The position numbers and the translations under genes were made by a program. A model generated the notes under the pieces. It was not told the DNA's origin. It searched no databases and saw nothing but the letters and a program-made list of their open reading frames with translations. Below, one piece after another: positions 1 through 8,618 of a DNA stretch of 40,053 nucleotides. Source of the stretch: a virus. Every line of letters begins with the position of its first letter. Within the stretch, counting starts at the first letter, position 1. The DNA lies in IMG/VR virus record IMGVR_UViG_3300026472_000012, positions 1 through 40,053 of that record, one strand, 5' to 3'.

Positions 1-122
1 AGCTAGACCCTTAGCGACAGTGCGACCAAGCTTGATTCCTAAAGTTTCATCACCTATCTTTTTGCCTAAAATAAAGTCTGTGGCTTTTTGTTGTAGATCT
101 TTTAGCGTATTACCAAGTTCTT
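1..122. repeat. Terminal overlap copy 1 (identical to 39932..40053)
   Basis: I aligned the two ends base by base: agctagacccttagcgacag...taccaagttctt occurs at both. Confidence 0.95.
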
Positions 123-1170
123 TAATCTTACTAATTGCAGTTTCAATACCACCTGCCCACTTCTCCCAATCTATGAGAGATTCACCGCCACGTTTCCATG
201 TTTGATAGTCATCCCAAAGCAAAGCAATCGCAGCCGCTAATGCTAAGACAATACCAATAGGAGATGCCAAAAAGACTAAACGCAAGGCTTTGAAAATATT
301 GAGTAGCCCTGTAAGCATCGGTAATAATTTTGCGAACTTTCCAATCGCTGAAAATAGACCACCAAATACCACCGTCAGCATTGCGATTTTAAGTCCCGCT
401 GCTAAGAATGTTTTGATATGTGGATTGAGCTGCCCAAACCAATGAATCGCAAATTGAATCAATTGATTAAGCAATTTAAGAACAGGGATTAAAGCTTTAC
501 CCGCAGTCATTACAATGACTTCCATCAATGCCTTTAACTGCATCGTCATATCACGCCACTGATATGCAAACTCTTGACCTGACTTCGCTAACTCATCATT
601 TAACCCCATGTCTTTACGTAACTTTTGGTATTTCTCCATTTCAGAAGTAAATTTACCGTCACGCATCGCCATCAAAGTAGATTCATCAATTCCAAGTGCA
701 TTGGCATAGTTATTCGCTTTGTAATACTCCATGCCTTGCAAAGTTTTAGACAAATCTTTCATGACTTCGACACGGTCACGCATCTGACCGTTTTGATCGC
801 GAGTCGTTACACCCAAGCCCTTAAGCATTCCCTCATAGCCGGGTGATTCACGAAGTTTACGTGCAACACTTTCAAGTGATGAAATCGCACCTTCAGCACT
901 ACCACCCATCTGACTAATAGCATCGCCATACGCTCTGATATTGTTTGCAGACGCACCAATTCGTTGACTTGAGTAATACAACTTTTCAAGCTCGTTAGCA
1001 GTCTTTGCAACAGCCAATACCGCTGTACTCGCTAATGCAATCAAAGCACGACTAAGTAAATTTGCCGATTTTTCATTACTGTCTAAAGCTTCTTTTGACT
1101 TTTTAGCACCTGTATCATCTGTTTTAAATGTCAGTGCAACTAAGAAATCACGAATTACTGTACTACTCAT
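1..1170 (-). CDS. Tail tape measure protein, 5' part (continues across the circular junction into 38942..40053)
   Basis: ATG at 1170..1168 follows AAGGA. My hand translation (MSSTVIRDFLVALTFKTDD...LGRTVAKGLA) has no stop down to position 1, exactly 390 codons. It is missing from the ORF track because it runs off the edge. It lies after the sheath, tube and chaperone genes. Confidence 0.85.
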   Translation of the reverse strand, partial: MSSTVIRDFLVALTFKTDDTGAKKSKEALDSNEKSANLLSRALIALASTAVLAVAKTANELEKLYYSSQRIGASANNIRAYGDAISQMGGSAEGAISSLESVARKLRESPGYEGMLKGLGVTTRDQNGQMRDRVEVMKDLSKTLQGMEYYKANNYANALGIDESTLMAMRDGKFTSEMEKYQKLRKDMGLNDELAKSGQEFAYQWRDMTMQLKALMEVIVMTAGKALIPVLKLLNQLIQFAIHWFGQLNPHIKTFLAAGLKIAMLTVVFGGLFSAIGKFAKLLPMLTGLLNIFKALRLVFLASPIGIVLALAAAIALLWDDYQTWKRGGESLIDWEKWAGGIETAISKIKELGNTLKDLQQKATDFILGKKIGDETLGIKLGRTVAKGLA

Positions 1171-1213
1171 TTCTCAATCCTTCGGCAGTAAAAAAGCCAC
1201 TCAATGAGCGGCT

Positions 1214-1444
1214 TTATTTTTGTTCACTTGCCAGCGATTCATTATCAACCAGCACATTTAATGCATCATTCATTAAAGCGATATCCGCTAAATCAACTGT
1301 GCCATCTTTAAGGGATTCATACTTACACATCCCTTTGATGACTGGTCTTAATAACCAGTCTTCACCCTCAGGTAAACTTCGCCAATTTATTGAGGATTCA
1401 TCGCTTCGGTCTGACTCGTACGCAGACCGGCTATAAAATTTCCC
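1214..1444 (-). CDS. -1 frameshift extension of the tail assembly chaperone (gpG/gpGT-type fusion product)
   Basis: The -1 frame is open from the slippery heptamer GGGAAAT to TAA at 1216..1214 (GKFYSRSAYESDRSDESSINWRSLPEGEDWLLRPVIKGMCKYESLKDGTVDLADIALMNDALNVLVDNESLASEQK). It sits in the canonical position between chaperone and tape measure. Confidence 0.7.
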   Translation of the reverse strand, partial: GKFYSRSAYESDRSDESSINWRSLPEGEDWLLRPVIKGMCKYESLKDGTVDLADIALMNDALNVLVDNESLASEQK

Positions 1445-1854
1445 AAACTGCTCCGTAGTACAGCAATAACAAGCGGAAGAATTTCTGACATTTCCATATC
1501 ATCAAATGCAGGCGCTTTATTGCGCCATACAGCTGCATATCCATCATTCGTTTTACGACGAACCACAGACATACATTTACTAATGACATAGTCTGTATGC
1601 TCATCCGACATTTCTGCTAAAGCTTCTGCAAATGGCTGGAAAGATGGGGCTAAGGTTTTAAGGATATCAATATCAAAAGATTCACTATCTTTAATATCCG
1701 TTAAACCCGCTTCCACAATATTGACAAGAAGCGGTGCAATGGTTGGAATTACAGGTGCAATACGGCGCGATACATGCAATTGATCCAATGCATTAAGTTT
1801 GCCAACTTGGTACTGGTATTCACCTACATTAATAAGATCATTCACTATAAGCAC
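1387..1854 (-). CDS. Tail assembly chaperone (gpG-like, zero-frame product)
   Basis: 155-aa ORF between the tube and tape-measure genes, with a frameshift site near its 3' end. Confidence 0.7.
   Translation of the reverse strand: MLIVNDLINVGEYQYQVGKLNALDQLHVSRRIAPVIPTIAPLLVNIVEAGLTDIKDSESFDIDILKTLAPSFQPFAEALAEMSDEHTDYVISKCMSVVRRKTNDGYAAVWRNKAPAFDDMEMSEILPLVIAVLRSSLGNFIAGLRTSQTEAMNPQ
1438..1444 (-). promoter_or_regulatory. Slippery heptamer G_GGA_AAT for programmed -1 ribosomal frameshifting
   Basis: The plus-strand atttccc reverse-complements to GGGAAAT, in X_XXY_YYZ phase with the 1387..1854 ORF (TTG GGA AAT). Confidence 0.65.
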
Positions 1855-2284
1855 CTTGTTTAATTTCTAGTTTAATTGCATCAAATACCCATTCCACAAT
1901 ATCTGCATCTTTTGCATAACGTAAATCAGGGCGTTTCTTAAAAGCACATTTTGAAGCTGTGCCATTATCACCACCACCTGTGTGGTTAAAAGTAATGGTA
2001 CTTTTACCCCATTTTTTTGTATTGCCTTTCTGTAGATCGTACAAGTCAGATAATTTGGCATTCGTTGGTGAAGTTTTTAACAAACGGATTGTCACCTGCC
2101 CTGAATTATCACAATGTAGGGAATGCATACCTTCGCCATCAGCACCAATGGTCATGGTGTTTTTGTCATTGGCCATTGCAAAGCTAATCCCTTCTTCAGC
2201 AATTGCTGCGCCATAACCAACATCAATGGTTGCATCTGCACTTGTCAAAGTGGCTTGAACATCTAAAAAACTATATGTAGACAT
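1838..2284 (-). CDS. Tail tube protein (DUF3277-like, by recollection)
   Basis: 148-aa ORF directly downstream of the sheath gene. Size and position are typical of a tube protein. Confidence 0.7.
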   Translation of the reverse strand: MSTYSFLDVQATLTSADATIDVGYGAAIAEEGISFAMANDKNTMTIGADGEGMHSLHCDNSGQVTIRLLKTSPTNAKLSDLYDLQKGNTKKWGKSTITFNHTGGGDNGTASKCAFKKRPDLRYAKDADIVEWVFDAIKLEIKQGAYSE

Positions 2285-2299
2285 TAATTATTTTCCTTA

Positions 2300-3451
2300 T
2301 TAGCGGTTCACATTCACTAAAACATCAACAGAATGAATAGCACCTGCAAGCTTAACTGCGACTTGAATTGGTGTTGCTTTACGTGCTTCACGATCCGCTT
2401 GAGATTGCCCATCAATCGGATTTGAATATACGTAATAGCCTTTTGTTAATGTATCGCCAGTTTTAAGTACACCAAATGGTTCGCCATTCCAAACACCAGG
2501 CGCGACCATACCATTCGTCACGGCTTGCTCTAAAGCATGTTCAAGAACAGAACAATGACGATTCATACCACCTTCTGTTTGCGGTATCTTGGTTGGGCTG
2601 GTGTAGTGCAGATTCCAAAGGGCTGTTTGTAGATAGTTTTGCAACCAATCCAAACCATGACGTTCATCAATAAACGTGCCACTACACATCACGCCCTCTT
2701 GAATAATGGCAGTGTCATTATTGTATTCAGCAAATACGTTGCAGCTCTTTTCCTTGAGAGTAAATGCTTCACTGGTACGCAGATATTCAGCGGCAATGGT
2801 TGGTTCTTGTTTAAATTTAAGCGTAATAGCTGTGTTATTTGCTAAGAAGTTTACGGCAAATGTTCTAGATAACAGTGAAACAACAGCATAAGGCGAATCA
2901 GATGAGTACTGAATCAATGTACGTTCAAACTTACGTTGATTTAGTTTATAAGCAATATCCGAAGGTAAAGCATCACCGTATTTGGGCGTTTTTACCTCTG
3001 GATCTTGTGTTGTAAAACCAACGATTCGATAGGGTACAGACGCTTCAATAAATTCAGAAACGGAGATAATGTCATTATCTGTAGCGATAGGTGCAGCTAC
3101 AGCCAAACCATACCAAGCATTTGAAGCATCAGCACAAGCTTGAACAGCTTCTAAAAGAGTTTCAGGTTGCTCTAGTTCACTTCCTGCCTGTACCCAACGA
3201 CCGATATATACAATTGTTGGACGAGGGTTTTGGGCAAAGAATTTAAGTGCAGCGTTATATTCAGGATCCATAGTCCCAAAGTCTTCAGCAACTTCAGTGA
3301 TGGATGAATAAGGTCGTACTCGTTCAAGATTTGAAATAACAGGTGTCGAGCCTAAAATTAATAATGAGCCAAAACTTCGAGTTTGGGCTGCTAATGGTGT
3401 TAAGGACATTTGAACGTTAACAACCATATCCACAGGTAATGCTGCGGCCAT
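2300..3451 (-). CDS. Tail sheath protein (DUF3383-like, by recollection)
   Basis: 383-aa ORF upstream of the tube gene in the tail module. Confidence 0.7.
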   Translation of the reverse strand: MAAALPVDMVVNVQMSLTPLAAQTRSFGSLLILGSTPVISNLERVRPYSSITEVAEDFGTMDPEYNAALKFFAQNPRPTIVYIGRWVQAGSELEQPETLLEAVQACADASNAWYGLAVAAPIATDNDIISVSEFIEASVPYRIVGFTTQDPEVKTPKYGDALPSDIAYKLNQRKFERTLIQYSSDSPYAVVSLLSRTFAVNFLANNTAITLKFKQEPTIAAEYLRTSEAFTLKEKSCNVFAEYNNDTAIIQEGVMCSGTFIDERHGLDWLQNYLQTALWNLHYTSPTKIPQTEGGMNRHCSVLEHALEQAVTNGMVAPGVWNGEPFGVLKTGDTLTKGYYVYSNPIDGQSQADREARKATPIQVAVKLAGAIHSVDVLVNVNR

Positions 3452-3459
3452 AAGATCTC

Positions 3460-3990
3460 CTAGCCCATATTAATATTAGGCGGTGTATTAAAGGTTAAAA
3501 TTGAATATTGGTTAACTTTTTTACGGCGCATCGTAAATTCAAAATCACAGCGACGTAACCACTGTTGATTTAAAAGCTCGGGCACATTGCGCAAAGGTTG
3601 AGAGCGAACAAAGGTGATTCCAAACTGTTTTAACTGATTGTTATTTTGAGGAATGCTCAAACTTGCTTTAAAAAGTTTTGCTTTGGATTCAGCATAAGGT
3701 CCGTAAAAAGAAACCAGAACCTCAAAGGATTCATGATTAACTGAATTACCATCACTATCGATATACGGGGAATCAGGATCATCGCTTCCAGTAATACCGA
3801 TTGAAGCCCAAGTCACTTTAGGTTCAGGAAGTTTTGGGGCGGTTGGTTGCCATCGTGGACGGACTAAAGGAGGATCTAAACCAGTCAAATTAGCGACATG
3901 GCTTTGTAATATATCCTCTAATGCGCTATCACTTGGCAAAGCTTCGCTATCAGATGACAGATAGCCACCTGTTGCACTGGTATTTGACAT
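3460..3990 (-). CDS. Neck/tail-terminator region protein (function not resolved)
   Basis: 176-aa ORF tightly packed between the connector genes and the sheath. Confidence 0.4.
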   Translation of the reverse strand: MSNTSATGGYLSSDSEALPSDSALEDILQSHVANLTGLDPPLVRPRWQPTAPKLPEPKVTWASIGITGSDDPDSPYIDSDGNSVNHESFEVLVSFYGPYAESKAKLFKASLSIPQNNNQLKQFGITFVRSQPLRNVPELLNQQWLRRCDFEFTMRRKKVNQYSILTFNTPPNINMG

Positions 3991-4365
3991 TTAAGAGCCT
4001 GCGAAAGGTTTTAAGATACAAACTGCTTGAATAAAGCCACGTCCAAAATGGGAATAATCATCAACTTTACTGACAAAGTAATGTTTGTTTTTCCAACAAA
4101 TCTCATCTGAATCACGATGATCAAGACCTGCCACTAAATTGAATTTAGTCACGATATTGATTGCACCTGACACAATAGAACCATCAGGTCGCCGATCAAT
4201 ATTGATACCATCATTGGAAGTCACCACACCTGAAAAACGAGTGCTGCATTGTTTATTTTCAGCACGACCTTTTTCATTTACGCTCTGTGTGTTTCGAATA
4301 CAGACAATATTCTTATCCATAAATCGTGGATCACGAAGTACACTTGTCACATCAAGCCTAGCCAT
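3991..4365 (-). CDS. Head-tail connector/tail completion protein (putative)
   Basis: ATG at 4365 lies 5 nt after GAGG and overlaps the upstream stop. The track start at 4371 is GTG. Confidence 0.45.
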   Translation of the reverse strand: MARLDVTSVLRDPRFMDKNIVCIRNTQSVNEKGRAENKQCSTRFSGVVTSNDGINIDRRPDGSIVSGAINIVTKFNLVAGLDHRDSDEICWKNKHYFVSKVDDYSHFGRGFIQAVCILKPFAGS

Positions 4366-4897
4366 CTTCACCTCGCTTACGAATTACATAAGTAATGCTT
4401 TTACGCATTTCCGCTGTATCAATTAAAGGTCTAACTAAGCCTGCTTGAGGTTGTCCTTGATCAAGTTGCTTTAAATATTCCTTTGCCCCTTTTCTACCTC
4501 GATTTGCGCGATTTTGAATCGTCAGTATGGATAAAGGAGCAAAACTACCTTCGACAAAATAAAGACGTACCGCATTTTGAGCAATTAAACCCGCAGCGTT
4601 ATAGTGCTTCATTACAACCTCAGACTTACCATCTAATGCAGCATCAACCGCTTTACAAAGTCGATCAGCAATTTTATTTTGGACAGTTGCAATACCTGGT
4701 ACTAAAAAAGGACGAGCAGGAATGTTCTTTGCAGGTGAGCCCTTTTCATGTAGATATCCTAACTGCGCATTGGTCATTCCATCTGCATCAGTTCGTGCCT
4801 CTCCGTGAGGAATCCCCACTAAAACTTCTTTTTCCATCAATTCTTGTATAGATTCCAAAATACCAATAAGCCCTGCACCTTTCATGGAAACGGTCAT
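4358..4897 (-). CDS. Head-tail joining / virion morphogenesis protein (HK97 gp10 or Mu G-like)
   Basis: Contains the IPARPFLVPGI motif. The likely start is ATG 4897 (MTVSMKGAG), in an ATGA overlap with the upstream stop. The track N-terminal extension overlaps the preceding gene. Confidence 0.55.
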   Translation of the reverse strand: MTVSMKGAGLIGILESIQELMEKEVLVGIPHGEARTDADGMTNAQLGYLHEKGSPAKNIPARPFLVPGIATVQNKIADRLCKAVDAALDGKSEVVMKHYNAAGLIAQNAVRLYFVEGSFAPLSILTIQNRANRGRKGAKEYLKQLDQGQPQAGLVRPLIDTAEMRKSITYVIRKRGEDG

Positions 4898-5286
4898 AAT
4901 TGAACCCCTCCCATTCCAATCATACGAAGCAATTGATAAAACTGAATACCATAAGTGGTTAAGTTCCAATGTCCTGCATCATCTAATGTAATTTTTGATA
5001 CATCCAATGAAACCGAAACCTTATCCACGGACTTAGATGTTTCTATGCCTTGGACCTGACCTGCATACTCAGCACCGCTATTATTAATAGCTTCATTCTC
5101 TCGTGCATACAGGACTAGATAATGAGCAACAAAAAGCATTTGCCCTTCATCATACAAATCAGCCCAACGACACTCATTCATCATTTTGTTTGAGAATTTC
5201 AGCCAAAAATTAAACTGTGCTGTTGGGTAAACATCCAAATCTGCAAACACAGGAAAGGCTTGTCTAAAATCTGATTCGTTGATCAT
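4894..5286 (-). CDS. Head-tail connector protein (DUF4054-like)
   Basis: Start trimmed to ATG 5286 (MINESDFRQAFPVF...), just after the upstream stop at 5291. It lies in the capsid-proximal connector position. Confidence 0.5.
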   Translation of the reverse strand: MINESDFRQAFPVFADLDVYPTAQFNFWLKFSNKMMNECRWADLYDEGQMLFVAHYLVLYARENEAINNSGAEYAGQVQGIETSKSVDKVSVSLDVSKITLDDAGHWNLTTYGIQFYQLLRMIGMGGVQL

Positions 5287-5290
5287 GGGA

Positions 5291-5686
5291 TTATTTTGCC
5301 TTAGGTTGATCTTTTGATTTATCACTTACAGCTGATTGCGTTTGCGCCTGTTTAACAAGCTGAGCTTCTAGATCAGAAATTTTAATATCACGATCTTTTA
5401 ATTCTTTTTGAAGCTTTGCAATTTCTTCAGATGCTGCATTTGATTGAATTTGAAGTGCATCATACTTTTCTTTTAAATCATCAAATGCTTCTTGGAGCTC
5501 TTTGTTTGCAGTGGCGCTTGCCGTAATTTCTTGAGCATGTGCTTTTACAAACCAATGTTCAGCAATCTCAGCATCCACCTCCTGCAAACCTGCAGGAAGG
5601 GTTACTGATTTTTGCTGACCATCTTTGTCTTTACCAAGATTCACAGTGAGTTCTTTAGTCAAAAGAATCTGTACAGATTTAGTCAT
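5291..5686 (-). CDS. Coiled-coil head-module protein, function unknown
   Basis: 131-aa ORF immediately after the major capsid gene. Its C-terminal half is rich in heptad-like E/K/L/Q residues. Confidence 0.35.
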   Translation of the reverse strand: MTKSVQILLTKELTVNLGKDKDGQQKSVTLPAGLQEVDAEIAEHWFVKAHAQEITASATANKELQEAFDDLKEKYDALQIQSNAASEEIAKLQKELKDRDIKISDLEAQLVKQAQTQSAVSDKSKDQPKAK

Positions 5687-5698
5687 GGTCAGCGCCCC

Positions 5699-6724
5699 TT
5701 ATAAACCATCAGCGTAGTACGCAGTTTCTGGGTAAACCCACTCAACTGCACCAAGACGACCGAAATATGTCGTCAATTGACGTAAATCACGATATTCAAG
5801 TGGAGTACGTTGTAAAGGCACTAATGGGAAGCGAACACGGTTTTCAGATTGCGTATAAGTCATCATACGATCTGTATTACCAACACCACGCTTAACACAC
5901 CATTTTGATGGTTGAATATCTAATGGTTTACCATTGACTGACATGCAGAGGTTATTGATTTTTAAATATTCTAAAACAGAGATATTGCCTGCTTCACTCA
6001 CAACACGTGTTGTTAACCAACCAAATTGAACAGGAGGTAACAGCAATTTATCTGGACATACAGCGAAGCCAGAAGCTACCCATGCATTATTCAAAATCAG
6101 ATTGACATCATCGACGATCTGTTGCGGAGTTGCTGTTGACCAAGACGTATTGACATTGGTAGCACCAACTTTACTTGAGTTCAATAAACCTTCTAAACCA
6201 AGCTGCTCATCACCAATATAGACTTGCTCATCAACATCCATATTGTATTTAAGCATTAAGCCGCTATGTTTTTGTGCATCAACTGGACGACCCACCTTCA
6301 ACGCGGATTCTAACTCAGGCAAAGTAAAGCCAATTTGCATCGCCCATAATGTTAATGGAGACGCTGTTTTACCGATATCCAAAGCAATGCCTTGAATCGC
6401 ATCAGTGTTTTTACCGACCCAAGACTTACCATTGCCTGATTGTCCACCTGCAGCTGCAAATGTGCTGTTGGTAAATGATGATGTCTCATCAGCAATCGAT
6501 ACATCAGAACGTAAATCGATATCACGTGTCCAAGTCACCGATGCTAATGGTTCATGCATGGTTTGGTCTAAACGTTCAAGTTCACCGACTAAGAAAGCGC
6601 CTGAACTGTCTACTGTTCGCTGATCAAATGTCATCATATGATCGCGAGTGTGTGCACGTACAGAAGTTGATGTACCCATAGATACAGCTTGAGCCATTGT
6701 GCTGGCCAAGAGTAATTTCTTCAT
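5699..6724 (-). CDS. Major capsid protein (DUF2184-type)
   Basis: 341-aa ORF following the protease/scaffold and cement-protein genes. This is the gene order typical of the DUF2213/DUF2184 head module. Confidence 0.75.
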   Translation of the reverse strand: MKKLLLASTMAQAVSMGTSTSVRAHTRDHMMTFDQRTVDSSGAFLVGELERLDQTMHEPLASVTWTRDIDLRSDVSIADETSSFTNSTFAAAGGQSGNGKSWVGKNTDAIQGIALDIGKTASPLTLWAMQIGFTLPELESALKVGRPVDAQKHSGLMLKYNMDVDEQVYIGDEQLGLEGLLNSSKVGATNVNTSWSTATPQQIVDDVNLILNNAWVASGFAVCPDKLLLPPVQFGWLTTRVVSEAGNISVLEYLKINNLCMSVNGKPLDIQPSKWCVKRGVGNTDRMMTYTQSENRVRFPLVPLQRTPLEYRDLRQLTTYFGRLGAVEWVYPETAYYADGL

Positions 6725-6787
6725 ATTTTATTTTCCTTAGACATAAAAAAAGACGCTATTTGCGCCCCAGTTTTATGTGATTTAAGA

Positions 6788-7267
6788 TTAAATGTTGTAA
6801 GAGATTTCTACATTGCCGCTTGCATCAGCCGCATGCATAAAGATTGCATTTACTTCAATTGTATTCGCTGCATCTGCAACAGCTTCGATACCACCAATCG
6901 GTTTTAATTCCGTGCCAGCATCTACACGAACAAATACTTTCCCACCAGTTTTTGCAGTACCAGCATTACATTTCACAGTCATATAGCCACGACGTAATAC
7001 ATCATTAAAGCCAATAACTGGAACAGCAGCACCTAAACCATTACTTGCCGATTGAGTTGGGTATGAACGCACCACCAATCCATAAACATTAGCTGCAGTA
7101 TCAGCAGCAACAAGTGGCGCAAATTTACCATTGGCATCTAACTTACCGAATAAGCCAAAACCTGTGAAACCTGAAACCGTATCATGTGCCTCAATCGTTG
7201 AATGAGATTTACGTGATACATCACCTGCAATACCAGATGGCATGCGGTATAAAAATGCGTTACTCAT
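6788..7267 (-). CDS. Capsid cement/decoration protein (Gp24-like)
   Basis: 159-aa G/A/V-rich, beta-rich ORF between the scaffold/protease and the capsid gene. Confidence 0.5.
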   Translation of the reverse strand: MSNAFLYRMPSGIAGDVSRKSHSTIEAHDTVSGFTGFGLFGKLDANGKFAPLVAADTAANVYGLVVRSYPTQSASNGLGAAVPVIGFNDVLRRGYMTVKCNAGTAKTGGKVFVRVDAGTELKPIGGIEAVADAANTIEVNAIFMHAADASGNVEISYNI

Positions 7268-7269
7268 AA

Positions 7270-8568
7270 TTATTTTCCTTTATTCCAATATGCACGATTT
7301 TTGGCGTTGATATCCGCAATAGAAGGAGCTGAACGGCCAAAGTCTTTAGTCGTAATACCGTGACGAACACCAGCATTATTATTTTGTTGTTTGATTAACT
7401 CAGAAGCACCGATAAAGGCAGCATCTACAGTATGCGCAGGCAGCACATCAAAATTTGTTTGATTTCCAATAAACGGTGCAATAACCTTTTGCCCCTCAGT
7501 GGTTGCATAGGCCTGTTTTAATGCTGTACGTTTGGCACTTAATACAGATTGACCGTTATTCACACTATCGAAAGTTGGTAGTTTAATACCAGGTACCAAT
7601 ACTTCAGCGCGAGAAATCACCTCTTTGAGTGAATCACCTGTATGATTTTGGACACCTTCTTCAGCTAATTTTGCAGCTGCTTCAGCTTTCAAAATATCGT
7701 CTGTGGTTTCATCTTCTTCAGAATCTTCACTTTCGCTCTCTTCAAGTTCATCTGAATCTTTGGTTTTCTTCTTTTCCAAAGCACCAAGACGAGAATCCAT
7801 TGTTTTAAGCATTTTAAGAATTTGACGATTTACTGAATCAGAGGTTTTACTCTTTTCATTTTCTTCGTCATCATCTTCGGTAAATTCATCATCTTCTTGA
7901 GAGGCTTTGGTTTCTTCTAAAGCTTCATCAATAGTACGTTTCGCCCCAAGCAAAGCTTGATACCACGGCGTTTTTTGTTTATTCGTCTGTTTAGACATAA
8001 AACTATCTCCAATAGAGCACCGCGAACCGCAACGCCCTTTATCCACTAATGCAATATGATTAATTACGATATTGCTCTGCACCCCTTTGCCTTTACTGAT
8101 CTCTGTATAATCAGCGTCATAACCAAGAGAAATCTCAACCTTTCCATCTTCTACAGCCTTGATTGTTTCTCGGTCTGTAATCAATAGATCAGCCATCAAA
8201 TAGTCTGAATCAACACCATCACCACGATGTACGTTTTGCCCTGTGCCTTTAGAGAGCTCCTTCCAATTATCGGGAGTTACCCAATCATTAGGATGATCAT
8301 CTGTAACTGGCTTACTCTCAGCACTTGCTATGGTTTTAGGATCAAACAAAATCTCTTCGCCACGCTCAATGATGATCAATCCAGTTTCATCAGCGGTTAC
8401 AGGAACTTCGCCATCGCAATACATCAGTTTACCAATACGTGCGATAGGAACATCACGACAAAGCAAGTATCCTTCTGGTGTTATTTCGCGTGTACGACCG
8501 ATTTGTCCTGTGGTGTAGATATTTGAACGATCAATGGTTTTACTTTCTTTAGGTTTGTTCTTAAACAT
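7270..8568 (-). CDS. Prohead protease/scaffolding protein (DUF2213-type)
   Basis: 432 aa with a long acidic low-complexity segment (EDDEFTEDDDEENEKS...ELEESESEDSEEDETTDD). It lies upstream of the capsid genes. Confidence 0.65.
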   Translation of the reverse strand: MFKNKPKESKTIDRSNIYTTGQIGRTREITPEGYLLCRDVPIARIGKLMYCDGEVPVTADETGLIIIERGEEILFDPKTIASAESKPVTDDHPNDWVTPDNWKELSKGTGQNVHRGDGVDSDYLMADLLITDRETIKAVEDGKVEISLGYDADYTEISKGKGVQSNIVINHIALVDKGRCGSRCSIGDSFMSKQTNKQKTPWYQALLGAKRTIDEALEETKASQEDDEFTEDDDEENEKSKTSDSVNRQILKMLKTMDSRLGALEKKKTKDSDELEESESEDSEEDETTDDILKAEAAAKLAEEGVQNHTGDSLKEVISRAEVLVPGIKLPTFDSVNNGQSVLSAKRTALKQAYATTEGQKVIAPFIGNQTNFDVLPAHTVDAAFIGASELIKQQNNNAGVRHGITTKDFGRSAPSIADINAKNRAYWNKGK

Positions 8569-8590
8569 AAATCACCATTGTTTAGATATT

Positions 8591-8610
8591 AAAAAACCAC
8601 CCGAAGGTGG
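8591..8610 (-). terminator. Rho-independent terminator after the 620-aa paralog
   Basis: On the minus strand: CCACC-TTCG-GGTGG followed by TTTTTT. Confidence 0.75.
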
Positions 8611-8618
8611 TAGTCGTT

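Noticed and set aside
1-122. Interpreting the 122-bp end duplication as a genuine phage direct terminal repeat.
   Set aside because: The repeat falls in the middle of the tape-measure coding sequence and restores one continuous ORF. That fits an assembly overlap of a circular or circularly permuted genome better than a physical terminus. Sequence alone cannot fully exclude the alternative.
20-1436. Plus-strand track ORFs 20..205, 625..846 and 1128..1436, and minus-strand ORF 807..1010.
   Set aside because: They lie inside or opposite the uninterrupted tape-measure and chaperone-extension reading frames. They have no RBS and have low-complexity, shadow-ORF composition. Similar antisense shadow ORFs elsewhere (for example 1959..2216, 2476..2891, 4139..4851, 6405..6681, 8227..8526, 33406..34036, 34933..35451) were ignored for the same reason.
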